Shown in pieces: positions 27,985 through 36,621 of a stretch of 64,000 nt of DNA. How positions within the stretch are numbered: position 1 is the stretch's first letter; the number at the start of each line of letters is the position of its first letter. The DNA comes from Alphaproteobacteria bacterium (GTDB lineage Bacteria; Pseudomonadota; Alphaproteobacteria; MPNO01; VGEU01). A program made the translations under genes and the position numbers. The stretch spans positions 49,234-113,233 of the forward strand of contig VGEU01000001.1 of assembly GCA_016869145.1 (NCBI GenBank), given 5' to 3'. A model generated the notes under the pieces. That model had not been told where the DNA came from and ran no database searches. It saw nothing but the letters and a program-made list of their open reading frames with translations.

Positions 27985-28961
27985 TCAGAGCGTCGAGCTC
28001 CAGCGTTCGGGGATGAAGTCATAGTCCGAAGCGCTCTTGGCGATATGGCCCGTCGCCGGGAACGGCGCATGATAGAAGGCGATCCGCATGCGGTCGGCGG
28101 CCACCATGTCGAGGACCCTCTTCCGCGCGGCGATTGCCTTGTCGGGGTCCTGGTCGCCGCGGAACTTCCACTCCGGATTGCGCGCGAAGATCAGCGGATT
28201 GTTGGTGAGATCGGCGACGAAGATCATCCGTCCGTTGCCCGACGCGATGACGAAGGCGGTGTGTCCCGGCGTGTGGCCGCTCGCATCGACCGTCGTGATC
28301 CCGGACACGATCTCCTTGCTCCACTCGTATTGCTTCACGTCCTTGGCGATCGGGCCGAAGACGCGGCGCACGTTGCGGAAGGCGGGCTTCTGCGCCTCGG
28401 GCGCGGCCTCCATGCGCGCATCATCCATCCAGAACGCCCATTCCTGCGCCGGCACCATGATCTCGGCGTTAGGATAGACAAGCGCGCCCGCCTTGTCGCG
28501 AACACCGCTGATGCGGTCGCCGTGGAAGTGGCTGATCACCACGGTCGTGATCGCCATGGGATCGATGCCGGCGGCCGCCATGTTGGTGCGGAGCGCGCCC
28601 GTGGTCGGAGCGCCGTTATCGGCGAACCCGGTATCGAGAAGGATGCGGCGCGTGCCGGTGTCGACCACGAGCGGCGTGAACGAATTGGTCCACACGTCGG
28701 TCGGCAGGAACAGGCTCTCCATCGCCTTCTGCACGTCGCCGAGCGCGACGTTGCGCACGAGGTCTGCGGGATCGGCGCGCTGCCCTGCCCGTCATAGAGC
28801 TGAGTCACGACGAAATCGCCGATCTTGCGGCGGTAGAACCCGGGTGCCTGGCCAGCCGCCGGCGCGCCCTGCGCCGCGGCGGTCGCGATCGTCGCGGATA
28901 GCGCCGAAGCGGCGAGCGCGGCAGCGCCGAGCGTGAAAGCATCGCGTCGCGTGATGTCCAT
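27985..28961 (-). pseudogene. MBL-fold metallo-hydrolase, tandem copy 2 with a Tat signal peptide, interrupted by a -1 frameshift near 28765 (or a sequencing error)
   Basis: The N-terminal part is in one frame (MDITRRDAFTLGAAALAASALSATIATAAAQGAPAAGQAPGFYRRKIGDFVVTQLYDGQGSAPIP) and the body is in another (VRNVALGDVQKAMESLFLPTD...HFHGDR...). Alignment to copy 1 (GPIPDGFVRNVS) places the shift at PIP|xDLVRNV. Confidence 0.6.
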
Positions 28962-29161
28962 GGTATCTCCCCGTGTTGCTGTTCTTTGCGTCCAACCGTG
29001 CGACAATATTCTGCGTAATCTTACGTGTCGAACCGAAGTGCCAAAGCGACTCACAAAGCCGCGATCGAATGAACATGCGATGGGGCGCGAATCGCCGTGC
29101 GATGAGGGCTGCGCAGACACGCGAAGGGGCGGCACGGATGGCCGCCCCCTTGTTTCGTGAT

Positions 29162-29180
29162 CGTCGACAATTTGTCGACG
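29162..29180. promoter_or_regulatory. 19-bp perfect palindrome CGTCGACAA-t-TTGTCGACG in the promoter region of the MBL copy-2 gene, just downstream of the nicotinate-type operon
   Basis: Seen directly. It is adjacent to the GC hairpin aaggggcggc-acggatg-gccgcccctt (about 29121-29150). Confidence 0.45.
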
Positions 29181-29183
29181 GGA

Positions 29184-29768
29184 TCAGCGCAATCCGTCCT
29201 CGCCCTTGATCTCCTCTTTCTTGAGGCCGCCGACGCGCGGCAGCGGTCGGCCCGAATCCGTAACGACGACGGCGACCAGGATCTCGTTGGCGCGCGGCGC
29301 GTCGGGGAGCCCGACCTCCATGGCGTCGAAATGGCTGCGCACGAAGGCCGCGTCCTTGTGCCCGAGGGGAACGTCGATGCGCGAGCCGGGTCCGCCCATC
29401 TTCTTGGCCGACGGCACCAGCGCCGCCCCCTTCTCGACCGCCTTGCGGAGCGGTGCGCCGAGCTTCGGGTGGAGGATCGCTGCGGCGTGCTCCCACTCGC
29501 CGTTCTCGCCCACGATCGCGGCCTTGCCGTAGCCCTCGGCCCGGCTCGGCTGGATGCCGAGCGCTTCGACCGCCATGCCGCCGAGAATGGCGCCGAGCTC
29601 CTCGCCGATCCCGATCAGCTCGTCGAGGTTCTCGACATAGCGACCGGCACAGGGGTTCTCAATCACCGCGATCGCCGCCGCCTTGCGCGTCGGTGTCGCG
29701 AGCGCCTTGCCCATCTCGCGCCGGGTCTCGTCGACCACGGTCACGAGGCGTCGGATCACCGCGCTCAT
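29184..29768 (-). CDS. Amino acid synthesis family protein (PF06684/DUF1185), tandem copy 1
   Basis: 194 aa from MSAVIRRLVTVVDETRRE. It is about 40% identical to the upstream copy (IVGENGEWEHAA; VRSHFDAMEV; DAPRANEI). A 4-nt ATGA overlap with the upstream gene indicates coupling. Confidence 0.8.
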   Translation of the reverse strand: MSAVIRRLVTVVDETRREMGKALATPTRKAAAIAVIENPCAGRYVENLDELIGIGEELGAILGGMAVEALGIQPSRAEGYGKAAIVGENGEWEHAAAILHPKLGAPLRKAVEKGAALVPSAKKMGGPGSRIDVPLGHKDAAFVRSHFDAMEVGLPDAPRANEILVAVVVTDSGRPLPRVGGLKKEEIKGEDGLR

Positions 29769-30394
29769 TTCAAGCCGTCCTCGCCCTTGACGTCCTTGTC
29801 CTCGAGCCCGCCCGCGCGCGCGTAGATCCGCGGCCCCGTCGCCATCGACTGGATCCAGACGATCTCGTTGGCCCGCGGCGCATCCGCGATGCGGCATTCG
29901 ATGCAGTCGAAATGGCTCCGCACATAAGCGGCATTCACATGCGCGAGCGGCACGTCGACAACCGTGCCGGGTCCGCCGACCTTCTTGGTCGACGGCACGA
30001 TCGCCTTCGACGGCTTGATGATCTGGCGCATGCCATAACCGCCGGGATCGTGCCACAGCGCGGCATGCTCGAGCTCGCCGTTCTCGCCGACGATCGCCGA
30101 TTTGCCGTAGGCCTTGATGCGCTCCTTGCCGCCGAGTGCCGCGATCAGGCGTTCGGCCATCTGGATGCCGAGCGGCTTCAACGCCTCCATCAGCGGCAGC
30201 AGGTCCTTCACATGGCGCCCGGCATAGGGGTTCGCGGTCACCGCGGCGATATAGCCCTTGAGCTGCGGCGGATCGGCCGACGGACCGAATTCGTGCAGCA
30301 CCTCCTCGACATGGAGCACGAACTTGCGGACCTTGACGAGCCCGCCCCCTTCGGTCGCCGACGCATCGCGCGCGACCGCTTTCACCTCGTTCAT
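29765..30394 (-). CDS. Amino acid synthesis family protein (PF06684/DUF1185), tandem copy 2
   Basis: 209 aa, MNEVKAVARDASATEGGGLVKVRKFVLHVEEV..., paralog of the 29184-29768 gene. Confidence 0.8.
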   Translation of the reverse strand: MNEVKAVARDASATEGGGLVKVRKFVLHVEEVLHEFGPSADPPQLKGYIAAVTANPYAGRHVKDLLPLMEALKPLGIQMAERLIAALGGKERIKAYGKSAIVGENGELEHAALWHDPGGYGMRQIIKPSKAIVPSTKKVGGPGTVVDVPLAHVNAAYVRSHFDCIECRIADAPRANEIVWIQSMATGPRIYARAGGLEDKDVKGEDGLK

Positions 30395-31260
30395 CGCTCT
30401 CCTCCGTTGTCGAGGGCCGCGGGCACCGTGCCGACGACCCTGTACCGCCGTTTCAATACCAGCACCGCGCCCGTGACGAGTCCAGCCCGACGGAGCCGAT
30501 CGGCCTCTGCGGCGCCCTGCCCCAGCGCCTCTTCGATCGAACGCGCATCGAGCGCACCGACCGAGACCGTGACGAGGCGATCGCCGAGATCGCTGTCGAG
30601 CTCGATCGTGCTCGCCGGCGCGCGCGCGATCGCAGGATGGTCGATCGCGGTCGCGTTCGCGATCATCGTCGCCGCCGCATCGGCCGCGGCTGCGTCGTCC
30701 GCGAGAACCGTCACCGCGTCGGCGATGCCGAGCGAGAAGCTCCGCCCCGACCAGCCGCTCGTTGCGATGCCGCGGATCGGGAGCGCCGCCGTGAGCCGCG
30801 CCGTCGTGTCGATCGAGGGATTGTCGATATCGCCGACGACGCCGAGCCGGAGCTCTTCGCCGGGCGCGAGATATATCGCGATGTCGCCGCCATTGTTGAC
30901 ATAGGCCCGCGACAGCGTGCGGCCGCCGACAAGCGCGGCGATCATCTCATCGGCGACGGCGCCGGCGACGGCCGCCATCGGCGTCACGAGCCGGTCGCGA
31001 TAGGGCCAGCACGCCGCCACCATCCGCCGCGCGACCGGCCCTTCCGGCTGCCAGCGCGGCTCGGCGAGCGGCGTGCGCAAGGCAGGGAGCTCGGCGACGA
31101 GCGTCGGCAGGATGTCGGCGAAGCGCGCGACGGCCTGGCGGTAGGCGGCCGCGATCTCGTCCGGCGCGCCGAACGCCTCGATGACGAGATCGATCGGGCC
31201 GTGCTGGAGGTGGAGGCGGCGGCCGTCCGGCAGCAGCGCCGCGACCGGCCCGCCCGCCAT
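30391..31260 (-). CDS. Hypothetical protein, UPF0280-like (commonly found next to 6-hydroxynicotinate reductase-like genes)
   Basis: 289 aa, MAGGPVAALLPDGRRLHLQHGPIDLVIEAF.... The family assignment is from memory of typical neighbourhood annotations and has low certainty. Confidence 0.5.
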   Translation of the reverse strand: MAGGPVAALLPDGRRLHLQHGPIDLVIEAFGAPDEIAAAYRQAVARFADILPTLVAELPALRTPLAEPRWQPEGPVARRMVAACWPYRDRLVTPMAAVAGAVADEMIAALVGGRTLSRAYVNNGGDIAIYLAPGEELRLGVVGDIDNPSIDTTARLTAALPIRGIATSGWSGRSFSLGIADAVTVLADDAAAADAAATMIANATAIDHPAIARAPASTIELDSDLGDRLVTVSVGALDARSIEEALGQGAAEADRLRRAGLVTGAVLVLKRRYRVVGTVPAALDNGGER

Positions 31261-31279
31261 CTCGCACTCGGGCTCAGAT

Positions 31280-32767
31280 CTAGGCGAGCGCGGCGCTCCG
31301 GTCGAATGGCCACGGATTGTCGGGCCGCCAGGCCGACGGCTTGGCGCGCGGCATCTGCAGGACCTCCTCGATCCGCTTCATCCGGTCGGTGTAGCCGCCG
31401 AGCTCGACATAGTCCTGGTACGGCAATGTGAACTCGATCGGCGCGACGAGGGCCGGCGTCGGCACGTAGCCGAAGGCGCGATCGGGAAGACGCGTCACGT
31501 CGACCATCACGGTGATGCCGCCGCCCGGCCACACATAGACCGGCGCGCCGCCGACCGTCACGCGGGTGCGGAGATGCTTGATCGACCGTGTGAGCCGGAC
31601 CGGGTTCACCGTGACGCCCGCGCGGAGGCTGCCGCCGGCGCCGCCCATGAAGAGGACCGTGCATAGCGCCGGCTCGCAGTTCTCGCCGATGCGGTCGACG
31701 ACGAGCCGGATCGGATCGGGCATCGCCGCCGGCTTCGGTTTGAGCTGGTCATCGAGCACGAAGAAGGCCGAGTCCTCGCCGGTCGTCGAAACCATCAGGA
31801 GCCGGAGACCGGGCCACGCGGTCTTGGTGTCGATCCTCTCGACGATGGTGAGCGGGTCCTTGACGTCGGTGCCGCCCCAGCCGCTGCCGGGCTCGGCGAC
31901 CTGGAAATAGCGGCCGGGTGTCGATTTCCGCCCGCGCACACGGATGCCGGCATGCGGCATGTCGAGGAAGCGGCCGGCCTGGTGCTCGGTGAGGACGCCG
32001 GTGATATGGTCGTCGACCACGATCACCTCGTCGACATGACCGTGCCATTGCGGCGCGAAGATGCCGAGCGTCGCCGAGCCGCAGCCGACGCGCATCCGCG
32101 CCTCCTGCACGCCGTTGATGATCGGCGGCTTGCCGGCCTGGACGACGATCGTCGCGCCGTCGTCGATCGTCATCTCGACGGCTTCCTTGTTGCAGAGCGC
32201 GAGGAGCGCTGCGCAGGTCACCGTCCCCTCCTTCTTGCTGCCGCCGGTGAGATGGCGGACGCCGCCGAGCGCCAGCATCTGCGAGCCGTACTCGGCGGTC
32301 GTGACGTGACCGATCTGCTCGCCGTCGACGCGCACCGCGGCCGGCTCCGGGCCGATATAGCGGTCGGTGTCGATCTTGACCTTGACGCCGCAATAGCTGA
32401 ACACGCCCTCGCTGACGACGGTGACCATGTCGACGCCGTCATGCCGCGAGGCGACGATGAAGGGCGCCGGCTTGTAATCGGGATAGGTGGTCGTCGCGCC
32501 GATGCCGGTGACGAAGACCGGCGCATCGGGGCGCACGAGCGAGCCGTCCCAACGCTCCGCCGCCTCGAGGAAGGGCACGACCGCGCCCTTGTCGTCGACC
32601 GCGCGCTGGGTCACGACCAGCGGGTCCATGCGGACGAGCACGCCCGCGCTATTGCCGTAGCGGTCGCAGGCGCCGGTCTTCTCCGGCCTGATCCGGCACA
32701 GGACCGGGCAGGCATCGCAGGTGATGATGCCGTCCGCCTTGCCGCCGCCTTCGGTGATGTCGTTCAT
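31280..32767 (-). CDS. 6-hydroxynicotinate reductase-like iron-sulfur protein
   Basis: Start at MNDITEGGGKADGIITCDACPVLCRIRPEKTGACDRYGN (an N-terminal Cys cluster). 495 aa. A 4-nt overlap with the upstream Mo-subunit gene places it in the same operon. Confidence 0.7.
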   Translation of the reverse strand: MNDITEGGGKADGIITCDACPVLCRIRPEKTGACDRYGNSAGVLVRMDPLVVTQRAVDDKGAVVPFLEAAERWDGSLVRPDAPVFVTGIGATTTYPDYKPAPFIVASRHDGVDMVTVVSEGVFSYCGVKVKIDTDRYIGPEPAAVRVDGEQIGHVTTAEYGSQMLALGGVRHLTGGSKKEGTVTCAALLALCNKEAVEMTIDDGATIVVQAGKPPIINGVQEARMRVGCGSATLGIFAPQWHGHVDEVIVVDDHITGVLTEHQAGRFLDMPHAGIRVRGRKSTPGRYFQVAEPGSGWGGTDVKDPLTIVERIDTKTAWPGLRLLMVSTTGEDSAFFVLDDQLKPKPAAMPDPIRLVVDRIGENCEPALCTVLFMGGAGGSLRAGVTVNPVRLTRSIKHLRTRVTVGGAPVYVWPGGGITVMVDVTRLPDRAFGYVPTPALVAPIEFTLPYQDYVELGGYTDRMKRIEEVLQMPRAKPSAWRPDNPWPFDRSAALA

Positions 32768-35520
32768 GGCCGTTGTTCCTTCCGCGCCAGGATCGCCGCG
32801 CGCACGCGATCCGGTGTCGCCGGCGCCCGCCGGATGCGGACGCCGGTCGCCTGGTAAATGCCGCCGAAGATCGCGGGCGCGGTCGCGCACAGGACGTGCT
32901 CGCCGACACCCTTGGCGCCATAGGGCCCGGTCGGCTCCGGATCCTCGACGAGGATGGTCTCGATCTCCGGCACGTCGCCGAAGGTCGGGATGAGGTAGTC
33001 GTGCAGGTTCTCGGTGCGGCCGGGGATGTATTCCTCCATCAGCGCGAGACCGAGGCCCTGCGCGACGCCGCCGTGGATCTGGCCCTCGACCTGGGTCGGG
33101 TTGAGCGAGCGGCCGACGTCATGCGCGGCGACGATGCGGCGGACCTTGACGGTGCCGAGCTCGACGTCGACCTCGACCTCGGCGATCTGCGCCGCGAAGC
33201 CGTAGGTCGCGTATGGCACGCCCTGGCCCTTCTCGTCGAGCGGCTCGGTCGGCGGATCGAAATAGCCCTCCGCCATGATGACGTCCCCGTTGGGCCCGCC
33301 GGCCTCGAGCCGCCGGAGGTCGATCGTCTGCATCCGTCCGCGGTCCTCGACCACGATCGCGCCCGGCTCGAAGCGAAGCCACGCGTCCTGGCCGGCATTG
33401 GCGAGGCGGAGGATCTCGGCGCGGAGGTTCTCGCCCGCGCGCTTGGCCGCGCCGCCGGATACATAGGCCTGGCGCGAGGCCGAGGTCTTGCCCGAATCCG
33501 GCGTCAGGTCGGTATCGCCCCAGACCAGACGGAGACGGTCGACCGCGATGCCGAGCCCGTCGGCCGCGACCTGGCTCATCGTCGTGTTGGTACCCTGGCC
33601 GATGTCCTGCGCGCCCGAATAGAGCGTCACCGTGCCGTCGGCGGCGACCCCCATGCGCATGGTCGAGGGATTGGGCGCCGAGGTCGCGCCGCAGCCATAC
33701 CAGATCGCGCCCACGCCGACGCCGCGCCGGCGCACGCCGTCGCCCGTGCGGTTGAAGGCCTCCGCCTCGGCACGCGCCTTCCGCCAGTGCGGCCGGAGCG
33801 CCGCGAGGCACTCGGCGAGGCCCGCGCTCGCCTTCAGCACCTGGCCCGACGCGGTCGGCTGGCCGACCCGGATCGCGTTCTTCCAGCGGAACTCGAGCGG
33901 GTCCATGCCGATGCGCTCGGCCATCTCGTCCATCAGCGCTTCGTGCGTGATCGCGGCCTGCGGCACGCCGAAGCCGCGGAACGCCCCGGCCGGTGTCTCG
34001 TTGGTGAAGACCGCGCGCGTCTTCGCCCGCACCGCTGGCACGTGATAGGGACCCATCGCGTGGATCGGCACGCGGTCCTTCACGGTGAGGCCCCAGGATG
34101 TGTAGGCGCCGGTGTTGAAGTCCCCGAAGAACGTGAAGCCGCTGAGCGCGCCGTCCTTGGTGCAGCCGTATCGCGCGGTCATCCGCGCCGGATGGCGCTT
34201 GGTGGTGGAGGACATCGACTCGATCCGGTGGTAGACGCAGCGCACCGGCCGGTCGAGATGCCAGGCCGCGAGCGCGACGAGCGGCTGGACGGAGATGTCG
34301 AGCTTGCCGCCGAAGCCGCCGCCGCATGCGGTCGGAATGATACGGACCGCCTCGTTGGCGATGCCGAGCACCTGCGCGACCTCGTCGCGATCCATATACG
34401 GCGTCTGGGTCGTCACCGTGACCTCGACCCGGTCGCCGACGCGCCGCGCCCAGCCGGCCTCGGGCTCGATATAGGCGTGCTCGACGAACGCGGTCTCGAA
34501 CGTCCCCTCGACGACGACATCGGCGGCCGCGAGCGCGGCATCGGCATCGCCCCGCTCGACATAGCCGAAGGCGAGGATGTTGCCGGGCTTGTCGGTGTGG
34601 AGGCGGTGCGCACCCTCGGCGAGCGCGCTATCGACGCCGACGAGTGCGGTGCGCGGGGTGTAGTGGATCGGCACCTCGTCGTCGCGGATCGTCATCACGG
34701 TGTCGCGGTCGCCGACCAGCGCCGCGACCGCCTCGCCGCGGAAACGCACATCGCCGTCCGCCAGCACCGGCTGGTCCTTCACCTGCGGATAGACGCCGAA
34801 GCCGTTATTGCCCGGAACGTCGCGTGCGGTGAAGACGCGGACAAGACCGGGATATTTGCGGTGGAGCGCATCGCACGCGCCCACGGTGAAGGTCGCGCTG
34901 AAATGGGGCGAGCGCACGGCACGGAGCCAGAGCGCGTCCGCGGGCGCCTGATCGGCGCCGAAGATCTCGCGGCCGTCGAGCTTCTGGAGACCATCGACCT
35001 TGGGAAAGCGCGCACCGACCGCGCGGCCCGCATCGGGCGTGTTGTCGAGCGCCGCCGCCGGCACGCGGCCGGCGACATGGAGAACGGCGTCCACGATCTT
35101 GCGATAGCCGGTGCAGCGGCAGAGGACGCCGCCGAGCGCGTCCATCACCTCGTCCTCGCTCGGGCGCGCGGTGCGCTGGAACAGATCCGCCGCCGCCATC
35201 AGCATGCCCGGCGTGCAGATGCCGCACTGCGCGGCGTTGAAATGGTGGAAGGCCTGTTGCAGCGCGGTGAGTTTGCCGTCCTTCGCCAGGCCCTCGACCG
35301 TCTCGATGCGCCGGCCGGCGACCTGGCCGGCGGGAACCATGCACGCGCACACCTGCGCGCCGTCGAGGAAAACGGTGCAGGCGCCGCAGTCGCCGGCATC
35401 GCAGCCCACCTTGGTTCCTGTGAATCCGAGATCCTCGCGCAGCACATGGGCGAGGCGGCGGACCGGCGACACCTCGACCGAGGTTGCGCGGCCGTTGAGC
35501 GTGAAGGCGATGGTGGTCAT
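32764..35520 (-). CDS. Fused (2Fe-2S)-binding small subunit plus molybdopterin-binding large subunit of a xanthine dehydrogenase/nicotinate dehydrogenase-family hydroxylase
   Basis: 918 aa. The N-terminal part has both 2Fe-2S motifs (CDAGDCGACTV; CGICTPGM...CRCTGY). The remainder is CoxL-like with GGGFGGK, GFGVPQA and QIHGGVAQG motifs. Confidence 0.9.
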   Translation of the reverse strand: MTTIAFTLNGRATSVEVSPVRRLAHVLREDLGFTGTKVGCDAGDCGACTVFLDGAQVCACMVPAGQVAGRRIETVEGLAKDGKLTALQQAFHHFNAAQCGICTPGMLMAAADLFQRTARPSEDEVMDALGGVLCRCTGYRKIVDAVLHVAGRVPAAALDNTPDAGRAVGARFPKVDGLQKLDGREIFGADQAPADALWLRAVRSPHFSATFTVGACDALHRKYPGLVRVFTARDVPGNNGFGVYPQVKDQPVLADGDVRFRGEAVAALVGDRDTVMTIRDDEVPIHYTPRTALVGVDSALAEGAHRLHTDKPGNILAFGYVERGDADAALAAADVVVEGTFETAFVEHAYIEPEAGWARRVGDRVEVTVTTQTPYMDRDEVAQVLGIANEAVRIIPTACGGGFGGKLDISVQPLVALAAWHLDRPVRCVYHRIESMSSTTKRHPARMTARYGCTKDGALSGFTFFGDFNTGAYTSWGLTVKDRVPIHAMGPYHVPAVRAKTRAVFTNETPAGAFRGFGVPQAAITHEALMDEMAERIGMDPLEFRWKNAIRVGQPTASGQVLKASAGLAECLAALRPHWRKARAEAEAFNRTGDGVRRRGVGVGAIWYGCGATSAPNPSTMRMGVAADGTVTLYSGAQDIGQGTNTTMSQVAADGLGIAVDRLRLVWGDTDLTPDSGKTSASRQAYVSGGAAKRAGENLRAEILRLANAGQDAWLRFEPGAIVVEDRGRMQTIDLRRLEAGGPNGDVIMAEGYFDPPTEPLDEKGQGVPYATYGFAAQIAEVEVDVELGTVKVRRIVAAHDVGRSLNPTQVEGQIHGGVAQGLGLALMEEYIPGRTENLHDYLIPTFGDVPEIETILVEDPEPTGPYGAKGVGEHVLCATAPAIFGGIYQATGVRIRRAPATPDRVRAAILARKEQRP

Positions 35521-36359
35521 GTGGCGGTCCCCAGCTCGGCAAGCGCACGGCGCACCAGCGTGAGCGCCGCGTCAAGGCGATAGTCCCTGGTGCCGCGCAC
35601 GTCGTCGATCGGCGCCAGAGGTTCGAGATGGCGTGCGGTCGCGACATCGGCAAGCGCGCGCCCGATCGGGCGGCCCGCGAGCGCGGCCTCAAGGAGTGGG
35701 AGCCGACGTGCGACCGGCGCGCAGGAGCCGACGGCGATGCGCGCGGCGCCGACCGTACCGTCCGCCGCGCGCTCGATCACGGCGGCCACCATCACGATCG
35801 AGATGACGAGATATCGTCGCGCGCCGAGCTTGAGGAACGTGCTCGTCGCGACCCCGCTCGGCTTCGGGATGCGGATCGCGGTGACGAGCTCGCCCGGCAT
35901 GCGGACCGTGCGCCGGTTGCCGATGATGAACTCGGTCAAGGGGACCCGGCGCGTCCCCCGCGCCGAGGCGAGCTCGACGGCGGCATCGAGCGCGATCAGG
36001 GCCGGCACGCCGTCGGCGGCCGGCGAGGCGTTGCAGATATTGCCCGCGATGGTGCCGGCGTTCTGGACTTGGATGCCCCCCACCTCGCGCGCGGCGAGCT
36101 TCAGGGTGCGAAACCAAGCCGGCAGGTCGGCCGCGATCAAGCCGCTCCAGGTGACCAGCGCGCCGATCCGGATGTGATCGCCGGCATCCTCGATCCGCCG
36201 GAGCTCGGCGAGCGCGGAGAGGTCGAGCACGTCCTCGTCGACCACGCGTCCGACCCGCGCCGGGTAGAAATCCGTGCCGCCCGCGACGATCGCCAACGGC
36301 CGTTCGCCGAGCGCGCGGACGGCCTCCTCGACAGCGGTGGGGCGGAGATAGAAACCCAT
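35517..36359 (-). CDS. FAD-binding medium subunit of a xanthine dehydrogenase-family hydroxylase (CoxM-like)
   Basis: Start at MGFYLRPTAVEEAVRALGERPLAIVAGGTDFYP. AGGTDF and GNICNASPAADG are typical FAD-binding motifs. It overlaps the next gene by 4 nt. Confidence 0.85.
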   Translation of the reverse strand: MGFYLRPTAVEEAVRALGERPLAIVAGGTDFYPARVGRVVDEDVLDLSALAELRRIEDAGDHIRIGALVTWSGLIAADLPAWFRTLKLAAREVGGIQVQNAGTIAGNICNASPAADGVPALIALDAAVELASARGTRRVPLTEFIIGNRRTVRMPGELVTAIRIPKPSGVATSTFLKLGARRYLVISIVMVAAVIERAADGTVGAARIAVGSCAPVARRLPLLEAALAGRPIGRALADVATARHLEPLAPIDDVRGTRDYRLDAALTLVRRALAELGTAT

Positions 36360-36369
36360 CCTCGGTGCG

Positions 36370-36535
36370 CTCCCGGCTTGAAAAATTTGTTTGTATACAT
36401 ACAATAGTTCCGCCCGGCTCGCCGGCTGTCAAGCGTTCGCGCCGGCAAACAAGGCAGGTTAGCTGAGCCGCCTTCGATTGGCTTTGGCAACCCTGCGCGG
36501 TATATAGCATTCCGGCCGCGGAGAACGGTCCGTTC
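36370..36535. promoter_or_regulatory. Divergent promoter region between the Mo-hydroxylase operon and korAB, with a local AT-rich patch and palindromes (TGTATACA; GAACGGTCCGTTC)
   Basis: Sequence cttgaaaaatttgtttgtatacatacaatagttcc (about 36378-36412) and gagaacggtccgttctaa (about 36521-36538), read directly. It is unusually AT-rich for this genome. Confidence 0.4.
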
Positions 36536-36621
36536 TAAAGACATCCGTTCACGGGAGACCCCAGACCGCCCGATCCGCGGCCATGCGGCAGAACGCGTAT
36601 TCATCGTAGCGGAGCCTAACG

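Noticed and set aside
29184-30394. Possible 2-nt indel between the amino-acid-synthesis-family genes, suggested by my manual coordinate check
   Set aside because: Traced to my own transcription error while reading the sequence. The ORF-track coordinates are self-consistent (4-nt ATGA overlap), so there is no real anomaly.
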